A DNA stretch of 64,000 nucleotides from Reclinomonas americana ATCC 50394 (lineage: Eukaryota). Of this stretch, positions 1 through 14,541 are shown one piece after another; the first letter of the stretch is position 1; every line of letters starts with the position of its first letter. The stretch lies in contig PS015016.1 of NCBI GenBank assembly GCA_048213135.1, positions 1 to 64,000 of the forward strand. The letters run 5' to 3'. The notes below the pieces were generated by a model. The model worked only from the letters and a program-made list of their open reading frames with translations. It searched no databases and was not told where the DNA came from. The translations under genes were made by a program, and so were the position numbers.

Positions 1-102
1 ACCGTAACCGAACGTAACGTTACGTCGACTACGTCGACGTACGTACGAACGAACAAACGAAACGTAACGACACGTACGTGTCGGTCGCGACGATAACTAC
101 TA

Positions 103-104
<2 letters not shown>

Positions 105-171
<67 letters not shown>
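105..171. repeat. (AC)n microsatellite
   Basis: About 33 uninterrupted AC units, probably inside an intron of the minus-strand beta-helix gene. Confidence 0.95.
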
Positions 172-172
<1 letters not shown>

Positions 173-175
173 CAC

Positions 176-3100
176 CATTGTTGGGATTGACACCATCAAG
201 CATCAGTGGACAGTTTGTGCTGAGGTACTGGAGGCTGCTGACAGACCCGCCAAGATACACACCGCCACCACCGCCAACGGGATTGGTGGCGGTAATCGGG
301 AACTCTTCCAGAGCATCATTGAAGCCAAACAGCGACTGCACGGCGCAGTGAGAGAAGCCAGTCGCTGAACACAGCGACAGAACAAGTACGTACCTGTCCA
401 CCGAAACCAATGACGCACGGCGGCACTGACTGAGTTGTAGTGGCGCTCAGCAGGACGTCGTCTGCATCAATGTAGATGCCGGCCCCCATGCTGGCCGAGT
501 TGCGCATGGCTGTCACCGAGTTGAAGATGGCGGCGTTGGTGCTGCCCAAGTACGCAGCGCCTGATACGCGGACAATCAGGTCAGTCACGCCATGCACTCA
601 TACGAATATACACGTGCACAAAAGGCCTCCACGTACCGCCTTGCAACTGCGCTGTGTTACCGTTGAGTGTGGTGTTGCTGATCATGAGGGTGGAGGCCTC
701 ATCCGTCTGCAGACAGCCGCCCTGTCGCGAGGCCTGATGGTTCAAGAACACAGACTGCGTGATGTTCAATGCCGCAAAGTTGTTGGTGCTGGCACACGCG
801 CCAATGACCGCCATGCCATCTGTGTGTCACCAGCAAACGGTTAGGTGAATTGGACTTTCTCATTCCGCACAGCGCGCCACGAAACTAGAAAACGTGGAGT
901 TGGAGACTGATAATGTCGACGAGCCCTTCAAGAAAAAGTTGCCGCCACGATCACTCGACTGGCACTGCGCTCCGGTAACGCGCAACACAATGGCTTGCGC
1001 CACATCCGACAGTCGCAAGAAGCCACCGGATTGTGAGGCAACCGCATTCACCACGGAAGAGTCGGACACGACTAGACGGGAGAGCTGACGCATCGAAATG
1101 GCTGCACGTGGATAACCAAAAAAGGGATGCCGATTAGCAACGACGACGACGACTCCTCCCCGCGCAAAGAAGGGACATATGCGAGTCAGCACTCACCACC
1201 GCCATTGGCTGCAGAGTTGCCAGCCATCGTGCAGTTGCTCATCGTGGCACTGCCGGCTTTGCCGAGCGCCATGGCACCGCCTTCCCACTTGGCCATGTTG
1301 TTGATAAAGTAGGTCTGATTGAACGACACGGCCGAGTCACTGCGCGTACTCACTGGTGTGAGAGACGACAGTGAACAAAATGTGAGACAGACCGCGACGC
1401 AACCCTGCCACATAGACGGCGCCGCCACTGGAGCCAGCGGCCTGGTTCTGATAGAACGTAATATTCTTCGCCGAACTGATGGGCGACACGGAGAAGGCGA
1501 GTCCACCGCCAAAGGCCGCTGTGCAGTACGCAAAGTAGCAGCTCGACATGGTGAGCTCGCCACCGACAAACGACACGCCGCCGCCAGTGATATTCGCCGT
1601 GTTGTACACGAACTGACACGAAGTGATGGTTGACTGCGAGCTGCCAACAGACTGCGACACAACCGGTGCGTGAGACACTGCAATGCAGTGACAAGGGACA
1701 CACACACACACGCAAACGCACCAGAGCACCGCCCTCCTCCGCAGCCGTGTTGGACGCAAAGTAAGAGTCGTGAATGACACTGACGCCCGTAGTACGCAGG
1801 CATCCACCATCGGCGCCGCACGAGTTGTACGAACACGTCAGATTGCCGGCCACCATGTACCCATCCGCGCGAATGGCGCCACCGTTGGACTGCGCAATGT
1901 TGTACGTGAACAGATTGTCCGTCAATGTCAGCGCCGCTTGCGTGGAGGTGAAGAGGGCACCGCCGAGACCAGCGCTGTTGTACGAAAACGTGCACCTCGT
2001 AAATTGCACAGCGAGCACGTCGATGAGGGCGGCACCACCAATGGCTGCACAGCGACGGCGTCAGTCGACTGCAGTGGAGATTGTGACAAGATGCCTGAGA
2101 CGCAACTCTCAAAGTTGCTGATGTACTGCTGGAAGGTGACTGCGTTGTTGAGGAACTGCGAGAGAGTGATGTTGACAACTGACGAGTCCGAGCTGGCAAA
2201 CGATGAAGGGCGCTACGAGCGAGAAAAAAACAACGTCAATCACGAGTCGCACCATTATTGATTCCGCGTTAACCACCGCAACGCAACTGCCGTCACGAGG
2301 AGCGCTCCACCGCCAGTGGAGAACTGCGAATCTTGAGGCAGTGGTTGCAATCCTGGGAACGCCACAGCGTTGTTGGAGAAGATGCAACGGTTTACAGTGA
2401 ACCGAGTCTGTCGCAGGCCAATATGGATGGGGAGGTGAGCTGGAATGCTGTACTCACACACACACTCACACACACGCACACGCACACACGCAACGAATGG
2501 AATCTGTGTCGTTGGTGACACGGAGGTGATGGCTCCACCGCCAGCCACAAGATAGCCGGTGCCGGACGACGTGTCGCCGAGGGACACGTAGTTGCCAGTC
2601 ATGTTCGTGTTTGTCAGCGTGGTGATCATGTTGGTGGCCGACAGAGATCGGCCCACGACTGCGAATGGAGAGAGAGAGAGAGAGAGTCGAGTCAGCGCAG
2701 TGGGAAATCGCCACAGCGTGTGCGTACGCTTACCGTAGACGCCGCCACCGCCGGCAATGACCTTTTGTGTGGAACCCACAAATGCATTGACGATTCTGTT
2801 GCCGGCAAAGGTGCAGTCTTGCACCGTCAGCGTGTTCGACACGGAGCCCTGGCTGTGGACAGCAAACGAATAGACACCACCACCACCAAAGAAGGAGGTG
2901 ACTGCCGAGTCCATGAAGCCGCTCACACTGTTGTTGACGAATGATGATCCCTCCAACAGCTGGATAGAAACCACAAAATGCCACAAACAATCATCATCAT
3001 CATCATCACATCATCAGTGGAAGAATGCACATACCAAGTCCATGAGAGCCTCCACACTGCTGTCGGTGGCCACATCGGCGTCCGAGACAAAGAACATGCT

Positions 3101-4827
3101 GCCGCCGCCACCAAACGTGGTGGGACCGAACGAGTTCGAGTTCTCCACCGACACCGAGTTGAAGGCGAACGTAGAACGCTCGACGGTAGCGCGCACCATC
3201 GACGATCCAGTTGAACTGGATCTGCATCGCGCGCACCACCATACGAGTGAGATACAACACGAACGTGCTAGCACGGGTATTCAGGGATGAGACGACGCAA
3301 CGATACCACATAGGAAAATCCACCGCCATTCTCGTTACCGACCGAGGTCGAGTTCACCAGCTGTGCTTGGTTGCCGTTGCCGATGACTTCCAAGAATGAG
3401 ACCACAATGTTGGCCTCCAGATTGCGCGCATTGATGTACACGCCACCGCCTTTGCGCGAGTGAGCGCACAAAGGCGAACAAAGAACGACGACTGCCGGGA
3501 CGACGACTCACCGCCGAGCTGATTGTCATCGGCAGACGCCACATTGTTGGAGGCCACAACCGTGTTATTTGACATTCCGGAGCGACTGAACAGCGCTGTG
3601 ACATTGCTGTTTCCGATTGGATCGTCCACCGGCAACGCCAACAGGTACAACTGTCGTCGCAGGATGATGAGCAACATGGTAAATTCCCGACGCAAACCTC
3701 AGCTACTTGCGTGAGACTCACTCCACCGCCTCCGTTCTGGTTCAGACTGGCTGTGCCCAAGACGCTGTTTGTTGTTGCATTGACCACGTTGTAGTCCATC
3801 GATGTCCGGTCAACCGACACCTCAATCACCACATCAGACAGCTCACTTGTCGACAGCAGGTACACACTGCCGCCTGTACAAGTGCATCACAAGCACACAA
3901 GCAAGACACACACGCGCGCGCGATATCGTGTGAGTCTCGTGCCATACGCTTATTGAGATGCGAAAGTCTCACCGCCTGCGCATGCCACAACATGTATGAG
4001 TAACATGAACCACAACAACCCATCGACGAGGAAAGTGGTACGCACCGTTTGTGTTCGAGCTCGTCGGCTCCGTACACACGCATTCACTTGCAGAAACAGT
4101 GTTGTTGCGGAAAGTACTGCCGGCGATTGAAGCCACCACGGTGCTCTGACTGCCGTGGGAGTAACTCAACATGTACAACCCGCCACCTGCGTTGCCTGTC
4201 AGTCGGAAGGTCATGCAGAAGAAAAAATGCATTGCTCTCGTACCTCCGTTGGCGTTGCCACCGTACGCAGCAGTGCCGTAGTCAGCGAACACGCGGTTCG
4301 CCTCAAAGCGGCAATTCGTCACCGTCCCATTCACAGTGGACGGCAAGTCAGTGGCGACACCGAGAGCATACAACGACCCACCTGCGCACGACGACAAACA
4401 TATAAGTTGAGGTGAGATCCCACCCGCCATGGTGTAGCCACCACTTGTCATCACCTCCGTTGAGGTTGTACAGTGTGCTCACTGCGTTTTCGACAAACGC
4501 CTGGTTGCGATAGAACTGCGTGTTCACGAGGGAATACGTCGCCGTCGCACTGACGCCGGTAGAGACAAGAAGAACAGCACCGCCTGCGCAACGACAGAGG
4601 GTGAGGGCGGCAACACTGCAAGGTTCGACAACACCGACAGCTCACCTCCGCTAGTATTGAGTCCGGGGCTACTGGAGGTGACCTGCGTGTACTGGCTGCT
4701 CATCTGGTTGTCGGAGAAGATGCAGTCGTTCGCCGTCAGCGTCACAACGGGGGTGAGGCCGAGGCTAGCGCTGACGAGGTTCGCAGCACCGCCTGTTGTA
4801 CGGGAAACGAAGAATGAGGCTATGATC

Positions 4828-4869
<42 letters not shown>

Positions 4870-7800
4870 CATTCGAAGCGTACCGCCATTGTTTGTCTGC
4901 GCCGCCGCGGTGTTGTAGTCGGCAACTGCAGAGTTCCCGAAAAAGTTGGCTCGCAGCAGCGACACTTGGTTGGTGGTAGCCGTGTGGCAAAACGTGGAAA
5001 TGTAAATTGCGCCACCTGCAACGGCAACAATAACAGTCAGAAGTGTAAACAACAAAACAAAGCATGGTCTCGACAGAATCGTTATTCAGTCACCTCCTGC
5101 AGGTGTGGTAACATTTACAGCGTGAGTACAACAAAACTGACAGTCGTGGCAAGAACATCAGACCGCAAGCACGAGACTAACCATTCACCACCGACGAACT
5201 GGCTTGGTTGCCGACGGCAGACACTGCGTTCTGCGAAAACATCGAGTCCGTGATCGACACCGAGTTCAGAACGCGGTCGGCAATGGCTGTGACTGCCAGC
5301 GCTCCGCCTGCACACACAAGCACTGTGAGACAGGGACAGAGGCGACTTACAGCTTGCAGAATACGATCGCACCTCCGTTGAAATTCGACATGAGGCTGTT
5401 GATTTGAGGCTGCGCGAACGACGTGCAGTAGTCGGCCGAGACAAAGTTGCCCACGAACTGGACGTTGCTAATGTACGTATCCATCGTCGTAGTTGACCAG
5501 GGACTGTACATGACAATGGAGAGCGAGCCACCGTTGACGTTGCCGAGCGCCAGCTGTGTTGACGGCTTCACTGTCTGTTGCACAGCGTTGCCGTCGACCA
5601 GAATCTGCACTCGAGATGGTCAGCAGAACAACGCAGTCGTTTTCGCACGCACAGCACAGCACACCGATCCGTCAATAAAGGAGCTCTGCGACACAGTCGT
5701 AGTCACAGCCACCTTGCTGGACGTTTGGAGAGCCGAATTCGCCGTCGCAGCAGTTGCAATGTGCAAATGTGAACCGCCTGCCCTCACAACACATCAGTAT
5801 AACTTTCTGCTCGAACGCAGCGCAGCGACTCACCTTGCAGGTTGAGCAGGTATGCTGTTGAGTTGCGCACGTCGGTGAGCGATCCCAGGAATTCCGTATT
5901 CCTCACGACAGACGTGACGTTGACGACAAGCTGAGCGAGCGCGAACACGTAGGCAGCACCTGCTCGAGAAAGAACTGAGTCTCGAAGAAAGCCGCGTGCA
6001 AGCGAGGTTGTTGGCACGTACCGCCTCCATTCACATTGACGCCGAGCGGTGCGGCACTAAACGAGGCCACCAACGTGCTGTTCAGGAAGTGACACGAGTC
6101 CATGGTCTGCGATACGGTCGACGACAGGACGCCGGTGCTGAAGACCAGCGAAGCGCCACCTGCGAGCACACACTCTGCACGGTGAAAAACAACTCATTGT
6201 GGGACGTGCAAGAGCCGGGACGCACCGCCATTGGCGTTCACCGGGTTCGAGCCCGTCCCACTGCCGGCGACAAGGGCACTGCCAGTGGCCACTGCCGTGT
6301 TGTTGGCAAACTTGGAACCCAACAGTGCATTCACCAAAGTGCCCGTCATTGCAGATCCGTACGAAATGAGAGAGCCGCCACCCGCCACGTTGCCGTGGTA
6401 GCTCATCTGAGCCGTGTGGAGCACGTTGTTGCGGAAAAAGTTGCTATTGGAGACTGTTGTGTTCATGGCATAGCCGGATTGCCAGCCAGACAAGGAGCTG
6501 ATCTGAGAGCTGCAGAGTGCGTAGATTGCGGCACCGCCATTGACATTGTCGGTGGCGGTCGTGTTAGACGTCCGCACACTGTTGTCGAAGAAATCCGAGT
6601 TTTGCGTCAACAGATTCAACGAGGTAAACGAGTTGTTCTGGGCAGATGCGCGTGAGCGTGGTACATAGACACACTGAATGTGTGCGAGCGCGCATAAACA
6701 CAACACTCACCGACACGGCCGCGCTGACAATGTACACGGCACCTCCGCCAATGTTGTTGGTGACATTGGCTGTGGCGCTGGTGTGCACGACCGAGTTGGA
6801 GTAAAAGTGACTGGAGTCGGCAAAAGCCGCCACTATGGCTGAGTTCTCGACGGGCGTCTCCAGCTGCGATACGGCGTTCACCATGTAGGCGGCGCCGATG
6901 GAGTTGTTGCCTGGAGTTGTAGCTCGTGCGCTCTGCATGCAGCAAGTGAGACGACCAGAGAACGAGAGAGACAGAAGATGTGTGATCGATCAGGCGTACC
7001 GTGACCGAGTTTGCAAAGAATGTGGAACGAGTGAGCGTGTTAGTAATGAGAGCGTTGCCGCCGAAACTCTGAGAGTTGATCATCACCGCAGAGCCGCCAA
7101 GAATGTTGCCGATCTAAATACGCGCCGACACAAGCACGCGGTAAGACAATGATCACGGTGGCTCGTCTGCCGGCATCGCAAGCAGCACGCACCGTGGCCT
7201 GGCAGTCGGTGATATTGGCCGACCCGAATGCAAAGTCGCAGTCGGTAATCTGGGAGGTCACCGACACGGTGCGCAGTATACTGCCGGGCACAACCAGCTG
7301 TCCGTCGACTCCGGATATCAGCACAAACGCACCGCTGCATACACGACAGTTAGTTTGATCACACACGCGCGTGCACAAAAGAAAAGAACCCAAGCACCAC
7401 GTACCCATTGGAATTGATTTCGCTGGCCACCGCGTTCGCCACTTGCACATCACCGTCGCTGAAATTGCAGGACGTGATGTTGTATTGAACGTCAATGCTT
7501 GCTGCCGCCGCTCCGGCTGCGGAGACTGCCAGAGAGCCACCGCCGCAAAAGTTGAGACTGCCTTGCACGTCGCGCACGGTAACCGAATTGCGCATAAAAG
7601 TAGAACGAGTCACAGCACCCAGCACGCGGATCAAGTCTTGCGGCAGTCCGCCGTCCGCCACGGTCACCTGAAACACGGCGCCACCTGCAAAAAGATAGCA
7701 GTGTTATATCGAGGTTCTCTCCAATGTCGTCCTCACTCGCGACGAACCAGCAATGCTATTGCCGCCATTGACAAGGGGCGTGGACGCTGCGACGGCTTCG

Positions 7801-10315
7801 ACAGAGTTGTCGTGGAATATGCAGTCGTCGATGATGCTGGCGACCACGGCGCTCGACGTGTATCCGTCGGCGAACAGCAGAATCGCACCACCACCGTTCT
7901 GGTTGGCCGAGGCAGCGGCTCTGAGAAGGAGTTGTCAACCGGTGAGCACAACCACGACGACTTGCCCCGAAAAACGTATGAGTACGCAACCCGACGCCCG
8001 TAGTGGCACTGTTGTGACATTGCACGAGGTGGTTCGAGAACGTGGAATTCGTAATTGTGGCTTGCATCATGGGGTTGGTAAACACTTGACACGCGGCACA
8101 GCCGGCGAATGCATAAATGCCACCGCCGCCATTCACATTGTAAGCGGCGGCGGTGTTGTTCACGGCAGTGAACGACCCCGAATCGAATGTACTTGCATGT
8201 ACGCTGCCGTATTTACGCGCGCGAATGAGCCGATTCACACACACACGGCACACACAAGGAGTCGTCAAGAATACGAAACAGCAAGTTCAGTGCACTTGAT
8301 GGTGCGCTGGTGCTAAACGCATTCTGATTGGTAATGTGGAGAGCCGCACCACCTGACGCCACATCGTTTTGTCAGCGTGAAATATATACGGCGCACACCA
8401 CACCACCGCACACGGCTTACCGTTGGCGTTTCCATTCGACTGCGTGCTCCCAGAGGCGTCGAGCGCATTAGCAGTAAAGTAACTGTTATATACGGAGAGC
8501 GACGTGGACAGCGAGGTAATGTTCTGCGACCCGCTGGCCACCAGCACGGTTCCCCCTGGTCATCATGCACGGTCAGCACACATCCTCATTCCCCGCACAC
8601 GTGTGCCGGCACGGCCACACACCAATCGAGTTCTCGGCGGTGTGACCGACGACATTCCGCGCAGTCACCGAGTTCGACGTGAAGGTGCCCGACATGATCT
8701 CCACGTATGCCGCGGCGGCGGTGCCGACACCGCGAAGCACCACACACAGCGAAGCTGCGCCGCAAGCAGGTGAGCCTGACCATACAACGACACACAGGCA
8801 ACACGCACTCACCTCCACCGACAATGCTGCCATACGACGCGACTGCGCCATCGGCGTTGACGGAGTTTCCGGCAAACGTTGTCGTGTCGACGTGAACTTG
8901 TGGGGTCCTGAAACCTGCTCCGAGGCCGTGCGAAAAGTGAAAGACGGCACCACCAATGACATTGGTGTTGGTCTGCAGTCCAGGCTGCTGCCAGTGCTGC
9001 GCCGCAAGCGTCACTGAATTGTTCGTAAAGTGTGAGTTGGTGATGTTGGTCCACCACGGCAACATGTTGGCCAGCGAAGCGACTGTGCGTACACACGTCA
9101 CACACAATACTCCCCAGCCTTCGGCGAAAATCACGCGAGACATACCAGCGGCCGTGTCGGAGACAATCATCATGGCTGAGCCACCGACCGGGTACAACTC
9201 GTCGGCCACCATGTTGGTTGTGGTGGCGTGACCGGTGGCCGCCACCGTGTTGGACGTCAGGAGACAGCCAGCGACGCTGACGACAGGTGGCGTCGTCGCG
9301 GTGGTGCTCGGCGTGGGCGGAAAGAGCAGCAGCGCGCCGCCACCGCGCATGCCGTTGAAGGGACCCCACGTGCTGGTGCTCACTGAGTTGCCGGTGAACT
9401 GCGAGTTGACGAGCTGCGTGTTGCCGGAGAGAGCAAGCCACACGGCGCCACCGCCACTGTTGCCGACCTGTGGCCACTGCTGCGCCACCGCCGGCTGCAA
9501 CGTGTACGTGTCTGGCGTGGCCACATTGCCGGAGAACTGGCAGTTGCTCAGCGTGGCGGCCGAGGCCAGCGCCAGCACCGCAGCGCCGCTTGCCGCCGTG
9601 TTATTCGCAAACAATGTGTGGTCCAGCAGCAGCGAGCCAGCGCGCCAGTCGACAGCCAACGCGCCGCCTCCCGCCGCCGAATTGGCAAACGCACAGCCAG
9701 CCACTCGCATCTGCAGTGCCGACGGCAACCCCTGCACCACCACCAATCGACTGCCACTGGGCGTCGCCACACCGGGCCCCCGGAACGACACACCCTGCAG
9801 TGTCAGCGTCGACGCCTGCTGCACCCACAACTGCGACGTGGCCGAGCTCGCCGTCACCAGAAACACCGACGGCACCGTATCGCTGGAGGCTCCACTGCTC
9901 GCAATCGTCACACTCGTCGCGGAGATTGGATGCATCGACGCGTCGTAGCCCGTCATGTCGTACGTTCCGGGCGCAATGGTAATCTACACGCACCCCCTAC
10001 CATGAGCGGAGACACGCACAGCAAACACACATTTTGATTATTCGACAAAGAACACACCGTCACCACATCGTACGTCATGGAGGCGCACTGCAGAAAGGCA
10101 TCGCGCACAGCAGTACTGCTGGCGCCCATCATCACCGTCTGCTGGCACTGCGTCAGCGCCTGCGCGTCACCAATGCATGCCGCCGCCGCCACAATGACCA
10201 GCACTGAGAGAAGAAGTGAGGTCGTGATTCTTCTTCTTCTCCTCCTCTGCCTCGGTCTTCTCCACACGCGCTCGCCCTCGCAGCCGGCGGCGCCTGAGCG
10301 GCCGCTGGTCTGCAT
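176..10315 (-). CDS. Very large secreted/surface protein with polymorphic-membrane-protein (PMP)-like GGA(I/L/V)/FxxN repeats (right-handed beta-helix); multi-exon, 3' end runs off the window
   Basis: N-terminal hydrophobic stretch (TSLLLSVLVIVAAAACIGDAQA), then dozens of FxxN...GGA(I/V/L)Y motifs (e.g. FANNTAASGAAV, FTYNIAQSNGGAI, FINNMAKWEGGAM) over many GT-AG exons. The last visible exon ends at a donor near 176-179. Confidence 0.8.
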
Positions 10316-10515
10316 CGGGGTGTGCGAGTTGCGACGAGGCTTTTGTGGGCCTTTGTGAGACTTTTGCGTGGACAGATGCAATGCACGTGGACAGCTCGAG
10401 CACTGTCCGGGTTCGGTTTTTCTTCGTTTTTGGGGTATTGTGCGATAGATTTTTTTGGTTATTTTGCTCGAGCCGTGTGTGTGTGTGAGTGCATGCGGTA
10501 ACAGCCATAGGAAAA

Positions 10516-11717
10516 ATGTCGTCGGCGATCCGTCTCCAGATTGCGCGTAACACACGGCGCACGCGCGATCGATCGGCCAACACGTCGCAGAGTGTGAACT
10601 CGCCGGGTGTCGTTTCGGGTGCCGGAGTCAGCTTCTTCAGCAACAGCAGCAACGGCAGCAACAACAGTGGTGGCAGTGGTGGCAACAATGGGAGTGGAGG
10701 CAACAATGGTGCGAGTGCCGGAGGATCTGGAGGTGCGACTGGTGCATCGGGACCAACGTCGCCAGTGTCCGGTGGATCGTCCGGCAAGTCGTTGCAATCG
10801 TCGTCGTCGGCGAGCAACAACACCAACAGCGGTGGCGGCTCAAGCAACGGCAACAGCAGCAGCAGCACTAACGCCAACGCAAAAGCGCGTGCCCTCGATA
10901 CTCCAGACGCTGTACGGTTTGTTTGGTGTTTCGCGCGCGTGTGTCTGTGGTTGTTGTGCGACATTTTCCACTCANNNNNNNNNNNNNNNNNNNNGATATC
11001 GCCGTCGGCAAGTCACCGTACGTGTGCGGAGGCAGCTTTGGTGGTTATCGCGGTCATCGCACCAGTGTGTCGGAGTTCGAGGCCAGCTCGACCAGCTTCT
11101 TTCTGTCCTCCACCATCCACCGGCGCTCCGAGGTCGAGCCGAAGGCGCACACCAGATCACCGTTTGACGTGTACACCTACGTGAGTTCCAGCAGCGGATC
11201 GTCGCGCAGCAGCAGCCCAGACAGTGGATCCGACTTGGAGGACAGCGATTTGCAAGCCGTCGAGTCGTCGTATCGGAACACCGTGAACGAGATCGCCGAC
11301 ATTGTCGGCAACAACAACAACAACAACAACAACCACAACAGCAACGGAAGCGTCACTGCAGACGAGCGCGCTTTTGCCGATACGCCCACGTGTGACTCGC
11401 TACTTGACGAGCTTGCCGTTCCGGAACTTGTACCACTGATCTTCAACAGTCCAGCCTTGACACACGCCATGGAGTCGGCAGCCAGCAGTTTGCTCCCCAA
11501 TGGTGGCGATGTGGCCAAGTTTATGAGTGAGATTCAAGGGGTGAGTTTGCGTGACCAACCAAGGTCGATGCGTGCTCCCGCACTCACGTGTTACTGTTGT
11601 TGTTGTCACAGACTATTACGCGCCTGACGGAGCGACGGGAACGTCGCAATGTGGAGCGCGAGAAGCTTCGCGATTTGGAGAACCGCCTCGGCGGATCAGC
11701 AGCACCTGGCGAAGCCC

Positions 11718-11755
<38 letters not shown>

Positions 11756-13240
11756 CGACCGCAGTCGTCGCCAAATTCAGCGTCGGTGTCACCGAGGCCA
11801 CCAGTGCCAGTCGCAGCTGTCGCTTCATCACAGCAGTCGCCAGTGACGGTGAGTGAGTGGGTTGGGCGGATGAGAACCACGTAGTTGCAGTGATTGACGT
11901 TTTGCATTGATGATAGGTGCAGACGATTGAGCAAGCAGCTGTACAGTCGGCTGCCGCAGATGAGCCTGCGGTGTGTACTCATTTTGCCATCTGGTTTTTA
12001 AGATTGCCCACTCACGTGCTGACCGCAGACCGACACCAATGCCGTCCGCACTACCGACAGCGGCGCCGCTTCTGAAGCGAGTGAGCATGTGGAGACAGCG
12101 CCCCAGGTTTGTCGTGTGCAGTCAGCTTGCAGTCGGCGCACATGTGACTCATGGAGATCCGTTTGCGTGTGTGTGACAACAGGAGACGTCGCGTGACAGC
12201 TCAAGGTATCCACTCTTCCCTGTCGCCGTTGCATCTCGTGGCAAGGTGGTCTCATCATCTCTCTGTTGACTCTCGCGTCTGCAGTCCAGTGGAATCCCTG
12301 TCGGAGAGCTTCGACACGGTGACTGCTGTGCACGAGGTCATGCGTCAGATTGACGCACACTTGGCAAGCAAGGAGGCGAGTGCCTCTCCGCAACCCCTGG
12401 TCGCACCACCACCACCACCACGGCCAGCGGCGACGGGAGCGGAAAATGAGTTTGAGACAGCGCTGTACGAACATCTTGATCCGTTGCCCCCACCACCGCC
12501 GTCCACACATGCCCGCCCGACCGCCTCGATGAAGCACGCAGTGGAGGTTTGTACACCAACGTCAATGTGTGTGCGCGTCTCTGTGCACCCATCTCACCAT
12601 CCTACCTCCAGCTCATTCAACCGTATCAACCAATTGCACACCCACCTGGCTCCACCACGGTGCTCTCGTCGCCGCAGCGTCTCGCCACGCTACTTGACTC
12701 GCTCCAGTCGCGTGGTCAAGGAGGTACGTGTCGCGGCAGTGAGCTTGATCGATCGATGCAGGTGGAGTGACTCATTTTGTGGTCTGCGCGCAGCATCCAC
12801 AGTCGGCACGGCACCTGTGATCCCGTCGCCTGAGCGTAATGCCGCCTCTGCTACACCACCTTTGCGCTCTCCCGCGACGGCGGCAGCCAGCGATGAACGA
12901 GCGTCAATTTTGTCGTCGCCACCCTCGTTCCCGCCTCCGCCTCCGCCGCCGCAGCAGCAGCCGCCGCCGCCACCGCAACAGCAGCAGTCGCAGTCGCAGT
13001 CGCAGCCTGAACAGAGTCCTCTCCGGTGCGTCCCGTCGTGTCCATCGACACACGCGTCGCTCGTCGCCCACAGGCCTCTGTGATCTCGACAGAGCTGTTT
13101 CGACGCCGGATGAGGCACTGAGTGTGCTGGCTCTGCGGTCTCCAATGGCACAGCGCCTGGCCGCCACCGTCATGGAGTCACGGGCGGCCCGCAACATGGT
13201 CCTGGGCAATCGGCCAGCCGGCTCACCCGCCAACAGATGA
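10516..13240 (+). CDS. Uncharacterised low-complexity (Ser/Gly/Asn/Gln/Pro-rich) protein, multi-exon
   Basis: ATG at 10516, a chain of open exons with GT-AG junctions, polyN/polyQ/polyP tracts and a short coiled-coil (TITRLTERRERRNVEREKLRDLENRL); stop at 13238-13240. No recognisable domain. Confidence 0.55.
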
Positions 13241-13446
13241 AAATGACGATCTCGGCCGGCCAAGGAAAAATACAACATCGCGGACGAAGAAAGACGAGCG
13301 TCGGGTCTCCCTCTTGTCGCGAATGCACGTGAATATAGCACACAATGTCGTACGCTATGTCTTGCACTTTACATCCATCTGCTCCGCTCCTCTCAAGCTC
13401 CCACTCCCACCCTCTCGCACTCACACAAATACTCGCACCCTGTCGC

Positions 13447-14383
13447 TCAGTCTGCGGGTACCTCCACACGCGGCTTGTTCGGATTGTTGGCCAGCAACCA
13501 GTTGGCGAGCCACGCCTGCACGGAAGAAAGTAAGCGACAGTGCACGCTCCGAGACCTACAGTGAAGTGACTGACCACCGGCTGTGCGGGCTTCTCCTTGC
13601 ACAGCTCCGTGAGCGCCTGTCGCAAAATCGTCGACAGCCTCTCCTCCATGACCTCACGCGCCTCCTTGGGTCCCAACAGCGGCACACTCACTGCAACGCA
13701 ACGCACCAGTGAGTATGACACAGAGAGGAGAAGCAGAACAAGAACACGCACCCGAGGGGAAAAAGTACTTGATCTCGCGTCTTGCGCTCTCGCTGCTGTC
13801 GCTTCCGTGCACCGCATTGTACGTCGTGTCCGTGCCGTACTTGGCACGCAGTCTTTGGCGCCGCACACGTGAGCGCCTTGAGCAAGAGAGCAAGAGAACA
13901 AGAGTGTATGCGCAACGAGTTGGGATGATCTCGACGTGCCACCTCGACATTCGTCGGTCCCATCAACGCGCGCCAATCCTTGATCGCGTTCTCCTTGGCC
14001 AGCACCAGCACACGCACCGGTCCACTCGTCATAAAGTCCATCAGAGTCTCGTAGAAACGCTTGCCCTGTTCAACAGCGTTGAGATGAAGAGTAACAGAAA
14101 GAGTGCCAAGTGTATATCAAAAAGGGCACCTCATGCTCCGCGTAGAAGCCAGCAGCGCGCTCTCGTGTGAGCTGCAGTCTTTGCTCGGAGACAATGACAA
14201 AGCCAGCCTCGCGCAAGTCATCGCGAATGGCCTCCTCGTAGCCTGCGCGCACTGCGTCTGGCTTGATAATCCCAAAGGTCTTTTCCACGTTGGCGAACGA
14301 TTGCACCTGTGAGTGAGCAGAGAGAGAGAGAGTGAGAACAGAGAGTGAGCAGTGAGCAGTGAAAGAGGAGCACGCACCGACAT
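13447..14383 (-). CDS. NME5: Nucleoside diphosphate kinase with C-terminal Dpy-30 motif (NME5/RSP23-like)
   Basis: EKTFGIIKPDAV, FMTSGP, WRALMGPTN, LRAKYGTDTTYNAVHGSDS (catalytic His), then Dpy-30-like LRQALTELCKEKPAQPV/WLANWLLANNPNKP. An alternative start at 14443 is possible. Confidence 0.88.
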
Positions 14384-14481
14384 GGCTGGCTTAACTGACT
14401 GGACAGAGGACAGCGGCGCTCGCGGGCTTCCCGACTCGCGCATTCGATTGTCTCGGCGTGTTTGCATTCGTTGTGTTTGAG

Positions 14482-14506
14482 ATGGGAAGACGATTGGAGC
14501 CTATTG

Positions 14507-14541
<35 letters not shown>

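Noticed and set aside
1-104. ACGT/TACG-rich quasi-repeat at the window start (possible telomere or array)
   Set aside because: No fixed unit. It resembles low-quality pyrosequencing read-end noise after a microsatellite at a contig end.
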